NCBI GenBank assembly: GCA_038214755.1
Contig: JBBQRQ010000033.1
Location: 1 to 46,515 of the forward strand
DNA: 46,515 nucleotides
From: Verrucomicrobiota bacterium
GTDB taxonomy: Bacteria > Verrucomicrobiota > Verrucomicrobiia > Limisphaerales > CANJXF01
Reading direction: 5' to 3'
The notes beneath the pieces are model-generated. The model was not told the origin of the DNA. It saw only the letters and a program-made list of their open reading frames with translations, and made no database searches. Each line of letters starts with the position of its first letter. Position 1 is the first letter of the stretch. Of the stretch, positions 20,077 to 28,178 are shown in pieces. Made by a program: the position numbers and the translations under genes.

Positions 20077-20877
20077 TTAGTTCGACAGAGCTTTGTTCAG
20101 ATTCGGATAAGACTGCGGTGAATTTGGATTGGGAGGTAAATTCGCGATCAATTCCGCCAGCGCTTTGCCGCCGGCGCCATCGTAATTCTCCACAAACTTC
20201 CGAAAATCTTCACTCGCATTGTCGTCCGCTTTATCGCTCACCACGCGCCAGCAATGCAGCGGCAAATGATGATCGGCGCAAACGGTGATCAAGCCAAACA
20301 GGTTCATGTCAACTGCATCTGCGCCGGTTGTCTCCCGGACTTGGGTGCGATAATTGCCCGACGCGATGAAGATTTCTCCTGAGGCGACTTTGATGGCCTC
20401 GAGCTTTTGAAAGAGTTCCGGCAACTTGAATTTGTCGGTGAGGTTGGTTTGCAAACTTGTCGCGGAAGGTGGCGAAAGTTGAAACCCGGATTTTGTCCAC
20501 GAACCTCTCTGGAAATTGGCAACTACTTCCACGCGATGCCAGGAACCGATTTTAAGTTTGTCTGAAAGCGCGCCGACAGGACCCACTGAGAACCCCGCGT
20601 CGCATTTCATGCGGGACAGCAATCCCTGCGCGGAAACCGCCGTCTCTACCGCGCCCGAACCCATCTTCACCGCATAAACTTTGTGTGTTTTGATTTGTAA
20701 TACGGCGATGTTGCGGCTACCGACTTTGATGGGTTGCCCCGCTGATTCCGCTTGGGCTTTGAGTGCCTCGAAGTCTTTATCCAGCGCGTAGAAAAACGCG
20801 ATAGTATCGCCGCGCACTTGAATTTCAAAAAGAAAAACGAATGCAACGATTACGGTTTTAAAAACGACCCGGCTCAT
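20077..20877 (-). CDS. nucleoside phosphorylase / MTA-SAH nucleosidase-like protein with a signal peptide
   Basis: KMGSGAV, SVGPVGAL, VASGEIFI, AVDMN, RVVSDKAD resemble PNP_UDP_1 motifs; hydrophobic N-terminus ending VRG-D. Confidence 0.7.
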   Translation of the reverse strand: MSRVVFKTVIVAFVFLFEIQVRGDTIAFFYALDKDFEALKAQAESAGQPIKVGSRNIAVLQIKTHKVYAVKMGSGAVETAVSAQGLLSRMKCDAGFSVGPVGALSDKLKIGSWHRVEVVANFQRGSWTKSGFQLSPPSATSLQTNLTDKFKLPELFQKLEAIKVASGEIFIASGNYRTQVRETTGADAVDMNLFGLITVCADHHLPLHCWRVVSDKADDNASEDFRKFVENYDGAGGKALAELIANLPPNPNSPQSYPNLNKALSN

Positions 20878-20901
20878 GTTGTGAATAATTATTTAAAAAG
20901 A

Positions 20902-20933
20902 ATTATTGACAGCCCCCCCCCCCCGTCAATGTT
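20902..20933. promoter_or_regulatory. candidate overlapping divergent promoters with a C12 homopolymer spacer
   Basis: ATTGAC-AG-C12-GTCAAT; plus strand TTGACA-16-AATGTT, minus strand TTGACG-16-AATAAT. Confidence 0.55.
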
Positions 20934-20955
20934 AACTCGCAAACAGAAAGAAAAC

Positions 20956-21225
20956 ATGAGAGCACAACTTTCGCGAAAAAGTTTCCTAAAGTTTCTCGGC
21001 TTGGGTTCTGCCACGTTGGTTGCCATGCCATTTTCAAATCTGTTCCGCAAACGCGCGGCAAAGAAAACTGCCAGCGTCATTCGCATAGAACCAATTTCCG
21101 GAAAAACTTATAGCCCATCTTTTTTGCGATTTTGTCAGCGGGCCCGTTTTCACTCGGTCAATGAAGCGGTCAAGCGCGTGAAAGACCGAAGTGTTGAATA
21201 TCGGCTTATGGCCTGTCCGGTTTGA
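20956..21225 (+). CDS. small basic protein with a Tat-like N-terminal motif
   Basis: 89 aa, MRAQLSRKSFLKFLGLGSATLVA resembles S-R-R-x-F-L-K. Confidence 0.65.
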   Translation: MRAQLSRKSFLKFLGLGSATLVAMPFSNLFRKRAAKKTASVIRIEPISGKTYSPSFLRFCQRARFHSVNEAVKRVKDRSVEYRLMACPV

Positions 21226-21272
21226 TTTATATCGTCATACGGCCCAACCCCAGTGCGGCCCGAGACGACATA

Positions 21273-21303
21273 GCTTAACCCCGACTTCGTGTCGGGGTTA
21301 AGC
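21273..21303 (+). terminator. strong hairpin upstream of the TPR gene, putative terminator/attenuator
   Basis: 13-bp stem GCTTAACCCCGAC-TTCGT-GTCGGGGTTAAGC followed by ACTTTTAAGTTT. Confidence 0.6.
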
Positions 21304-21315
21304 ACTTTTAAGTTT

Positions 21316-23535
21316 ATGAAACGGAAAAGCAATCCGCTGCGGTTTCGGAAACATCAGTCCTCCCATCAAGTGGATCACGATTCGCGTTCCACGGTCTTGC
21401 GCGAGATTGCCGATTTGATTCATCGCGGAACCTTCGCGCAGGCGTTGACCCAAATTGATCAGGAAGTCGCCAACAATCCTGGCCCGGACGACAAATCCAA
21501 ACTTCTGTCGCTCGCTGGGGATTGTTTGTTTAAGCAGGGAAAATTCGGCGACGCCGCGACACTTTACTTGCAGGTTTTTCAACAAGTCCACAATCGCCCA
21601 GAGGCATGGCTCCGCCCGCTTATCGGCCAAGTTCGTAGTCTGCTGAAGAACGTGCAGGTTGAAGAAGCGCAGGCTCGGGCAGTGACCGCGATGCAAACCG
21701 TGCTGGCCCATCAGCAACAATATCAAACGCTACTGGCGCAAGCGCAGGCAACCCTCGCGACTGGCGGTCAGGCGGTGATCCCGGCGCGTCCGCCGTCTCC
21801 CGCAGAAGTGGCGAACCGTTTGGGAAGATTCTTTTTCGCGGAAGGTGAACTGGCTGCGGCAAAAACGTTGTTTCAACAAGCGTTGGACCTCAGTCCTAAC
21901 AGCACTCATGCGCAGCTCGGATTGGCGGAGATTGCTTTGCGTGAAGGCGACGGCGCAACGGCAGCAACGCTGGCAAGGCGAGTCATCGTAATCGGATTGT
22001 ATCGCGCGAAGACGCTTTCAGCCTGGAATATTTTGCTGGCGGCTGGACGCAAAACCGGGACGAACGTCATTGACACCGCTTTATTGAACGGGTTGGCCCA
22101 AGCCACTCCTTCCGTTCGCGCGCGAGCGGTTCTTGTTTTGGCGCGAGGACTCCGCAATCAAAACGATTCGCGCTGGCAACAAGTCGCGACGAACTGGCTG
22201 CAACAATCCGCTGGATCAAATCCGACGATCACCGCCGAGTTACGGAAGCTAAAATCCGCCAACGCCCGAATGACGAATGATACGCTCGCCAACCGCATTC
22301 AAGCCGCGCAGACGTTGTTAAGCACAGCGAGCCTGAGTCCCAACGAATGGTTGTCCGCCGCCAAGGAAGTCGTTCAGTGTTCGCTCCTACAAAATCAATC
22401 TCCGGCGATGGCCGATTTGATCACGCAAGCGGTCAATCGTTTTGGTCCAACCAGGCGGGTGGCGGCCACGCACGGACTGGCGCTGGCCTGCAAGAAAGCA
22501 AATCGTCCCGACCTCGCCACGCAATTGTTCCAACAAAATATCGCCACGGCATTGGGCGACGATTTGGGCAGATCACTTTCGGCCTTGGGAAAATTGCAAA
22601 GTGAACAAGGCAACCACGCCGAGGCTGCGGCGAGCTTCTGGAGTTACAGCCAGAACACGGCGTTCCCGGCCCGGATGAGGCTTTACGCATTGTTGCAATG
22701 GACGCGCGAAGTGGTCAGCGCCAATCAGCCCGAGCTGATAACGCAAGCCCGCCCGCAGATCGAAGCCGCATTGCCGCAGATTCTGGATTACGAACTGGTG
22801 TTGGATTTGTCGCGGCAGATTCGTTTTTCCAAACTCCCACGCGATTTCGCTCTGCAAATTTTTCAGCGTGGACAACAACTGGCGCTGCAAACCTTCGATG
22901 CTTGCGCTCATCCTTCACCGGCCACAACCATTCTTTTCAAACTCTGTCGTCGCGCCAATGACCATGCTCAATATGACGCGATGATTGCCACGTGGACGCG
23001 GATAGGCGACGCCAGGCGGCAATGGTTATGGTCGGAGAGCAACGACTATTGGCAATGGTTGGAACACGTCTTTCGCGCCTACCGAGATAGCAAGCGCGCG
23101 CCGGAGGCCGAACAGTTTATCGCCCCTTTCCTGAACGACTCTGCTACTCCGCCCAACGGATACGCCGTGCTTGGAGTTTCCTATGCCGCCATGAAACGGA
23201 AACAGAACGACTTCACGGGAATGTTTGCCATTTACGAAAAGATGGCGCAGGTCGCCCCGACCTATGAATGGACAAGCGCAGCCTATTACTGGTTGGCTTT
23301 GCGCGCTTGGAAACAGAATCACGTAAACCAAGCCACCGCTTTCGCGGATAAGATACTTCTCTCCGTTGGGAAGGACTGGACGATGTATTGGAAACGCGAC
23401 ATGGCCGCTTGTGCGCTGCTGCTAAAGGCGAGATTGCATCTCAATCACGTTCCCGCGACATCGGGAATCGCCGCGGATAAGTTGCAGGCCAATCTAACGA
23501 AGCTGCAAAGTGACTTGTCCCGGCTACACCTGTGA
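21316..23535 (+). CDS. tetratricopeptide-repeat protein
   Basis: repeated helical units (AGDCLFKQGKFGDAATLY, LGRFFFAEGELAAAKTLFQQAL, LGKLQSEQGNHAEAA, AYYWLA). Confidence 0.8.
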   Translation: MKRKSNPLRFRKHQSSHQVDHDSRSTVLREIADLIHRGTFAQALTQIDQEVANNPGPDDKSKLLSLAGDCLFKQGKFGDAATLYLQVFQQVHNRPEAWLRPLIGQVRSLLKNVQVEEAQARAVTAMQTVLAHQQQYQTLLAQAQATLATGGQAVIPARPPSPAEVANRLGRFFFAEGELAAAKTLFQQALDLSPNSTHAQLGLAEIALREGDGATAATLARRVIVIGLYRAKTLSAWNILLAAGRKTGTNVIDTALLNGLAQATPSVRARAVLVLARGLRNQNDSRWQQVATNWLQQSAGSNPTITAELRKLKSANARMTNDTLANRIQAAQTLLSTASLSPNEWLSAAKEVVQCSLLQNQSPAMADLITQAVNRFGPTRRVAATHGLALACKKANRPDLATQLFQQNIATALGDDLGRSLSALGKLQSEQGNHAEAAASFWSYSQNTAFPARMRLYALLQWTREVVSANQPELITQARPQIEAALPQILDYELVLDLSRQIRFSKLPRDFALQIFQRGQQLALQTFDACAHPSPATTILFKLCRRANDHAQYDAMIATWTRIGDARRQWLWSESNDYWQWLEHVFRAYRDSKRAPEAEQFIAPFLNDSATPPNGYAVLGVSYAAMKRKQNDFTGMFAIYEKMAQVAPTYEWTSAAYYWLALRAWKQNHVNQATAFADKILLSVGKDWTMYWKRDMAACALLLKARLHLNHVPATSGIAADKLQANLTKLQSDLSRLHL

Positions 23536-23551
23536 ACGAAAAATTTATTAT

Positions 23552-24812
23552 ATGAGGATCTCATCTTCACGACTGTTAATCGGGATGATGGTATTTGGTT
23601 TGGCGGTAACCCTCCAGGTTTCTGCGCAGACCGGGCAGAATGCCAATGGAGAAGCTGAGCCTTGCGACGATGAAACGGGACCTCATTACGGCCCGTGGAG
23701 TTGCACCACTGGTTCGGTGAACGATCCCGGCACGTTGAGCAAGACCGAGGACGTCATCTGCGTGTGCGACAGTTCCAGCGCATCAGTCAGCGGCACCACT
23801 TTCAACGATGGCAGCAAGTCGCGTGAGGTTACTTATGATTGCCCCGAGAACGAGCCTTACACGGATGGACCTTACCCAATTTCCTATTCGGCGACCAGTT
23901 GGTTTGAGCCGCCCATTCCAGAAAGTTTCCCGGATTGCGGGATATTCAGTTTTACGGCCAAGGTTAAAGGAATTTCAGGTGACAGCGATTGTCCGGATGA
24001 TACAGACACGGTCACCGTCGGCACCTTCACGGTCAAAGTAGTGGCGGTGACTTCTTTAGCCCCGAACTTATCTCCAAGTGAGGGAACTAAAATTCCGGGA
24101 ACCGACGAGCCTGCTGTTTACAGAGTATGTCCATGTGGTGGCGATGTAACCGTTATGGCCGGGGATTGCCCCGGACTGAATCCATCTGAGTTGCCGGGCT
24201 GTTGGACATTTACCGGCGGCGTGGAAATCGATCGGAAAACGCACAAGGTTGCAAAGTCGAGTCTTTTGAATGGCCCCGTTACTTTCACGGTGACTGCAGG
24301 TTGTTCAACGAAGACGGTTATATTGAAGGAGGATCCCAGCCCTAGAGGCCTTTGGAATTTGGTTTATTTCGACGGCCAAATCGAGTGTGCCTCCGGCCAG
24401 CAGACTCCCGCCAGGGTTTTCGGACCTCAGTACGACTGTTGTTCAAATAAGTTAGAAATTTGGTGTCAAAAGCCGAATCCCCAATCCGGCGCACAATTTC
24501 ATTATAAGTACAACGGTGTCATCGTAGGTAGCTGTATTTACAACGGAGGAATCAAATAGATTTTGGTATCAAACTACCAAGGACGGTCGATTTCATTCCA
24601 CATGGCATCTCACCCGGGAGCCTGGGTTAAGCGAAGGAACAGCTGGCAAAGTCGATTGGTGTGTCTGGAAGTACAACTGTTTAACAGGACAAGGCCCGTC
24701 TCAAATCTGCCGCGAACATCCTACGTTCGACGATAGTGTGAACACTGGCTGGGGCGATCCTAATAACAATCCCAATGGCGAGACAACCGGAACCACAAGT
24801 TTTTGTCCGTAA
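23552..24812 (+). pseudogene. Cys-rich secreted protein interrupted by a frameshift near 24554 (or a sequencing error)
   Basis: signal peptide ending VSA-Q; ORF stops at TAG 24557-24559; the shifted frame continues NRFWYQ..WCVWKYNC..SFCP to TAA 24810-24812, just before the next RBS. Confidence 0.7.
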
Positions 24813-24830
24813 TCCAATAAGGAGGCACAA

Positions 24831-26120
24831 ATGCAATCAGATCAAATAGAAAGAAGATTCACTCAGCATCGTTGCGCTTTTACGGCCGTGATGATCACAT
24901 TGTTATCAGTTTGTTGTCCCGAACCAATGAAGGCTGTTGAACAACGAGAATTTACCCTGAGCGGGACTTCAACTGGCGGTACGGTGTATTTGGTCCAAGT
25001 TCAGCAACGAGCACCTCGATTTGTTTGTACTCCGACGTTTAAGGGCGAATCATCCGAGGCGGTGTTGCAACGACTGGCAGCATTGATTAATCAATCGGAT
25101 CCATTTGGATATTGGTGGGGGGATCGATTTTCCTCAATTGCACGACAGCCGGGAAGCAATCCCGGGGTTCGCGCAGTAACCCATGCGTTAGTAGGCTTGC
25201 CAAGAATAAAACTAGCATTGACCGGGACTGATAGGGGGCTAATTACCCTTAACCCAGCGACATCTGTCAGTGGTTTTTTAGATATGGATACCAAACAGAT
25301 TATGTTGCAATGGGCTAAGCCAAGCGGAAATTACGATAATATTTACGTAGGGGGACTCAGGCTTCCTCCCGATGCGACGCAGTGTGTAATCGACTGGAGG
25401 AAGGAATTAACTGACGATTTGCTTGCTGGATGGTTCGGCGTAGTCCTAGCCAGAAACGATACTCTCTCCCCGCCGGCCAGCATCAATCTTTCAACGAATT
25501 CACAAGAGGAACTCGATTCCTTTCCATTTTACATGGGAGTCGCGCCGAACTGGAGCGCCTGGTCTGACAGTGACAATCCTGACGTGGTAAAGCTTGAACA
25601 AGGCACCAAGCCCGAAGTGGCGTCCAAAGGTTATATTGAGTTTCCCGATGACAAGCCGTTCTATCAAATTATCAAAACCACTCACGTAGGCGCGCACGGC
25701 GGGGTCTGGAGAAGGTTTTTAGGATTGAAGTCAGGCCACACCTATAAAGTTGAAGTCCGCTTGAACACCTTGGCCATGGATGCCTGCACGAACGACTGGG
25801 CCTACTCATTTCACGCAGCGCATGACAATCCTGACGGACAGGGATTGTCGGTAGCTCAGCTCGCCGGCACGGCTCTGCTGCCAAACGGGAGTAAAGGAAC
25901 CGATGCGGGACGTGTCGCCCTTTACAAACCGGGCACCACCACAAAAGGGAAATGGGAGAAACGCTCGACCGACTATCCCGGCCCCGGTTTGGAAATCAAA
26001 AACATCATACTGCCCGCGAAGGTCACAAGCATCACCGTGTGGCTACGTCATAGTGGCGAGAATTCAACCGGCGTCGGAATGGATTGGATACGACTTGAGG
26101 ATGTAACAAAAAATCCGTAG
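24831..26120 (+). CDS. hypothetical exported protein
   Basis: AGGAGG RBS; hydrophobic N-terminal segment; beta-rich C-terminal half. Confidence 0.75.
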   Translation: MQSDQIERRFTQHRCAFTAVMITLLSVCCPEPMKAVEQREFTLSGTSTGGTVYLVQVQQRAPRFVCTPTFKGESSEAVLQRLAALINQSDPFGYWWGDRFSSIARQPGSNPGVRAVTHALVGLPRIKLALTGTDRGLITLNPATSVSGFLDMDTKQIMLQWAKPSGNYDNIYVGGLRLPPDATQCVIDWRKELTDDLLAGWFGVVLARNDTLSPPASINLSTNSQEELDSFPFYMGVAPNWSAWSDSDNPDVVKLEQGTKPEVASKGYIEFPDDKPFYQIIKTTHVGAHGGVWRRFLGLKSGHTYKVEVRLNTLAMDACTNDWAYSFHAAHDNPDGQGLSVAQLAGTALLPNGSKGTDAGRVALYKPGTTTKGKWEKRSTDYPGPGLEIKNIILPAKVTSITVWLRHSGENSTGVGMDWIRLEDVTKNP

Positions 26121-26164
26121 AGCGCACTTCAACAACGCTGCCATTTTTACGAGTAGAGCAGGTC

Positions 26165-26452
26165 CTAAACGCCGTGATTCGTAAAATGATCGCTCCAATC
26201 GTCGAGGCGCGGATGAAACAGTCGCGTTAGCTTTTTAGTTTTCGGTTCCAGCCCGGAGAGATTTGTGCCTTTGTGCAAATTGCAATGATGACAGGCAAGC
26301 GCGAGATTTTCCGACGCATCTTTTCCGCCGTGCTGACGGGGGGTTCTGTGTTCAATGTGGAAGGGCAACGGTTCTTGCTCCTGCCGCAGGCCACAATATT
26401 CGCAACGATTTTTCGCGCGCTGCCGGACCAGTTGGCGCAACTTCGCATCCAT
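26165..26452 (-). CDS. HNH endonuclease, putative toxin, probably C-terminally truncated
   Basis: CEYC, HIEH, NLALACHHCNLHKG, RLFHPR; coupled to the upstream small gene. Confidence 0.75.
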   Translation of the reverse strand: MDAKLRQLVRQRAKNRCEYCGLRQEQEPLPFHIEHRTPRQHGGKDASENLALACHHCNLHKGTNLSGLEPKTKKLTRLFHPRLDDWSDHFTNHGV

Positions 26453-26739
26453 CAGGTGGCTTGAGAGAGAACGCGCCGGGCTTGGGCCTGAAGAATGCCG
26501 ATGAGGGTGCTGGCCTGGACATACGCCTCGTACTCAGCCCGTTCGTCCGGGGTGAGCCGACCTTCATTGCATTTCTCCGCCAGTTTTCCCACTCGCGCTT
26601 GGGTGCGTCGGCTCACGCGCAACGCCGCCAAAGCCTTGGCTGTTTCCACCCCGAAACTGCGACTAACTGGTTCTAACAGTTCATGCAAAACCGCGTAGCC
26701 TGATCCATTTTCCTTTCGCATGGGAAAAATATTAAACAA
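26452..26739 (-). CDS. putative antitoxin partner of the HNH gene
   Basis: LAEKCNEGRLTPDERAEYE motif; TGATG coupling to HNH; start uncertain (26739 or 26721). Confidence 0.65.
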   Translation of the reverse strand: MFNIFPMRKENGSGYAVLHELLEPVSRSFGVETAKALAALRVSRRTQARVGKLAEKCNEGRLTPDERAEYEAYVQASTLIGILQAQARRVLSQAT

Positions 26740-26925
26740 GCCATCAACAAAGGCAATTTATTGTGACGGCAGGATTTTTCGCGTTGGTTGGCTTCTGCTT
26801 AATAACCGTGTTCACACAAGGAGCGACGCCCTGCCCGCTAGAATTCAATCGGCGCCGGAATGGTCGGAAACGGCTTGAGCAATTTAGGTTTGAGATAAAT
26901 CAAGCGGCCAACCTATGATAGCGCG

Positions 26926-27744
26926 GTGATATTCAACGCAAAAGCCACCGCCGCTCTCCTCCGCAAACAGACCACTCTGCGCCCAACTCTCGCGATGGTT
27001 CTTGGGAGTGGATTTCAACATGCGTTGACCCATCTCGAAGTCGTGGGCGAAATTCCCTACGGGCAACTTCCCGGATTTATGTCTGTCGGAGTGAGCGGTC
27101 ACGCGGGCAAACTTGTCTTCGGCAATTTTGGAAAAACTCCCGTGCTCGTGCTCAAGGGCAGGACCCATTTTTACGAGGGGCATGAGATGGAGCGTGTCAC
27201 TTTTCCCATTCGCGTTCTGGCCGAGTTTGGAATTCGTTCGGTGCTTTTGACGAACGCGGCGGGCGGAATCAATCGCAAATTCAAGGCGGGCGATTTCATG
27301 GTGTTGGATGATCACATTAATTTTATGGGAACCAATCCGTTGCGCGGGCCGGCCGTTCTCGGTTTGCCGCGGTTCGTGGACATGACTCGCGTTTACTCTC
27401 CGGAACTCAACGAACTGGTAAAGAAAGCAGCCAAACAAACCAAACTCCGTTTGCACTCGGGCGTTTACCTCGCCGCGCTGGGACCGAGTTATGAAACCCC
27501 AGCGGAGATTCGCGCTTTTCGGCAGCTTGGTGCGGACGCGGTCGGAATGAGCACCGTGCCGGAAGCAATTGTCGCGCGACAATGCGGATTGTCCGTCGCC
27601 GCTATTTCCTGCATTACGAATCTGGCGGCCAATCGCGATTCCAGTGAGTTATCGCATCAGGAAGTTCTCGCCATCGCGGAACAAAAGAAAGGCGATGTCG
27701 CGCAATTTCTGAAAATCTTTTGTGAGCTTTATGCGAAAAGTTAG
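26926..27744 (+). CDS. purine-nucleoside phosphorylase (trimeric PunA/XapA type)
   Basis: VLGSG, GHAG, GRTHFYEG, TNAAGG, GPSYETPAE, AVGMSTVPE, ITNLA. Confidence 0.95.
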   Translation: MIFNAKATAALLRKQTTLRPTLAMVLGSGFQHALTHLEVVGEIPYGQLPGFMSVGVSGHAGKLVFGNFGKTPVLVLKGRTHFYEGHEMERVTFPIRVLAEFGIRSVLLTNAAGGINRKFKAGDFMVLDDHINFMGTNPLRGPAVLGLPRFVDMTRVYSPELNELVKKAAKQTKLRLHSGVYLAALGPSYETPAEIRAFRQLGADAVGMSTVPEAIVARQCGLSVAAISCITNLAANRDSSELSHQEVLAIAEQKKGDVAQFLKIFCELYAKS

Positions 27745-28138
27745 CAGAGCAAAATTAGTTTCCGCTGCGATGGAAGCTCGTGAAAAAGCGTGCGCGTCTT
27801 ATTCAAAATTTAAAGTCGGCGCGGCGTTGGTGACGACCAACGGAAAAATTTTCCGCGGCGCCAACGTCGAGAGCGCGAGCTACGGCCTGACTTGTTGCGC
27901 GGAACGAATCGCCTTGTTCAACGCCCTGACCAACGGCGAACAGAAGTTCACCGCCATCGCCATCGTTTCTCGTATTGACGGCGGTGGAATGCCTTGTGGC
28001 GCGTGCCGGCAGTTGCTGGCCGAATACGCTCCTGCGGCGCTGGTTTGGGTGTGCGACAGCGCGAAGCCCGCGGAAGTAAAAGAATTTACGGTCGAGCAAT
28101 TGTTGCCTGGCGCGTTTCTGGCTTTTAAAAAAAGCTAA
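27731..28138 (+). CDS. cdd: cytidine deaminase
   Basis: YSKFKVGAAL, GANVESASYGLTCCAER, PCGACRQ. Confidence 0.93.
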   Translation: MRKVSRAKLVSAAMEAREKACASYSKFKVGAALVTTNGKIFRGANVESASYGLTCCAERIALFNALTNGEQKFTAIAIVSRIDGGGMPCGACRQLLAEYAPAALVWVCDSAKPAEVKEFTVEQLLPGAFLAFKKS

Positions 28139-28178
28139 GTTTATTGATGTAAAATCCGCGAGGGCCTATTGTAAGATT

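Noticed and set aside
24557..24736. Amber readthrough or pyrrolysine at TAG 24557
   Set aside because: The readthrough frame gives an unremarkable peptide ending at 24736; the shifted frame fits composition and operon spacing better
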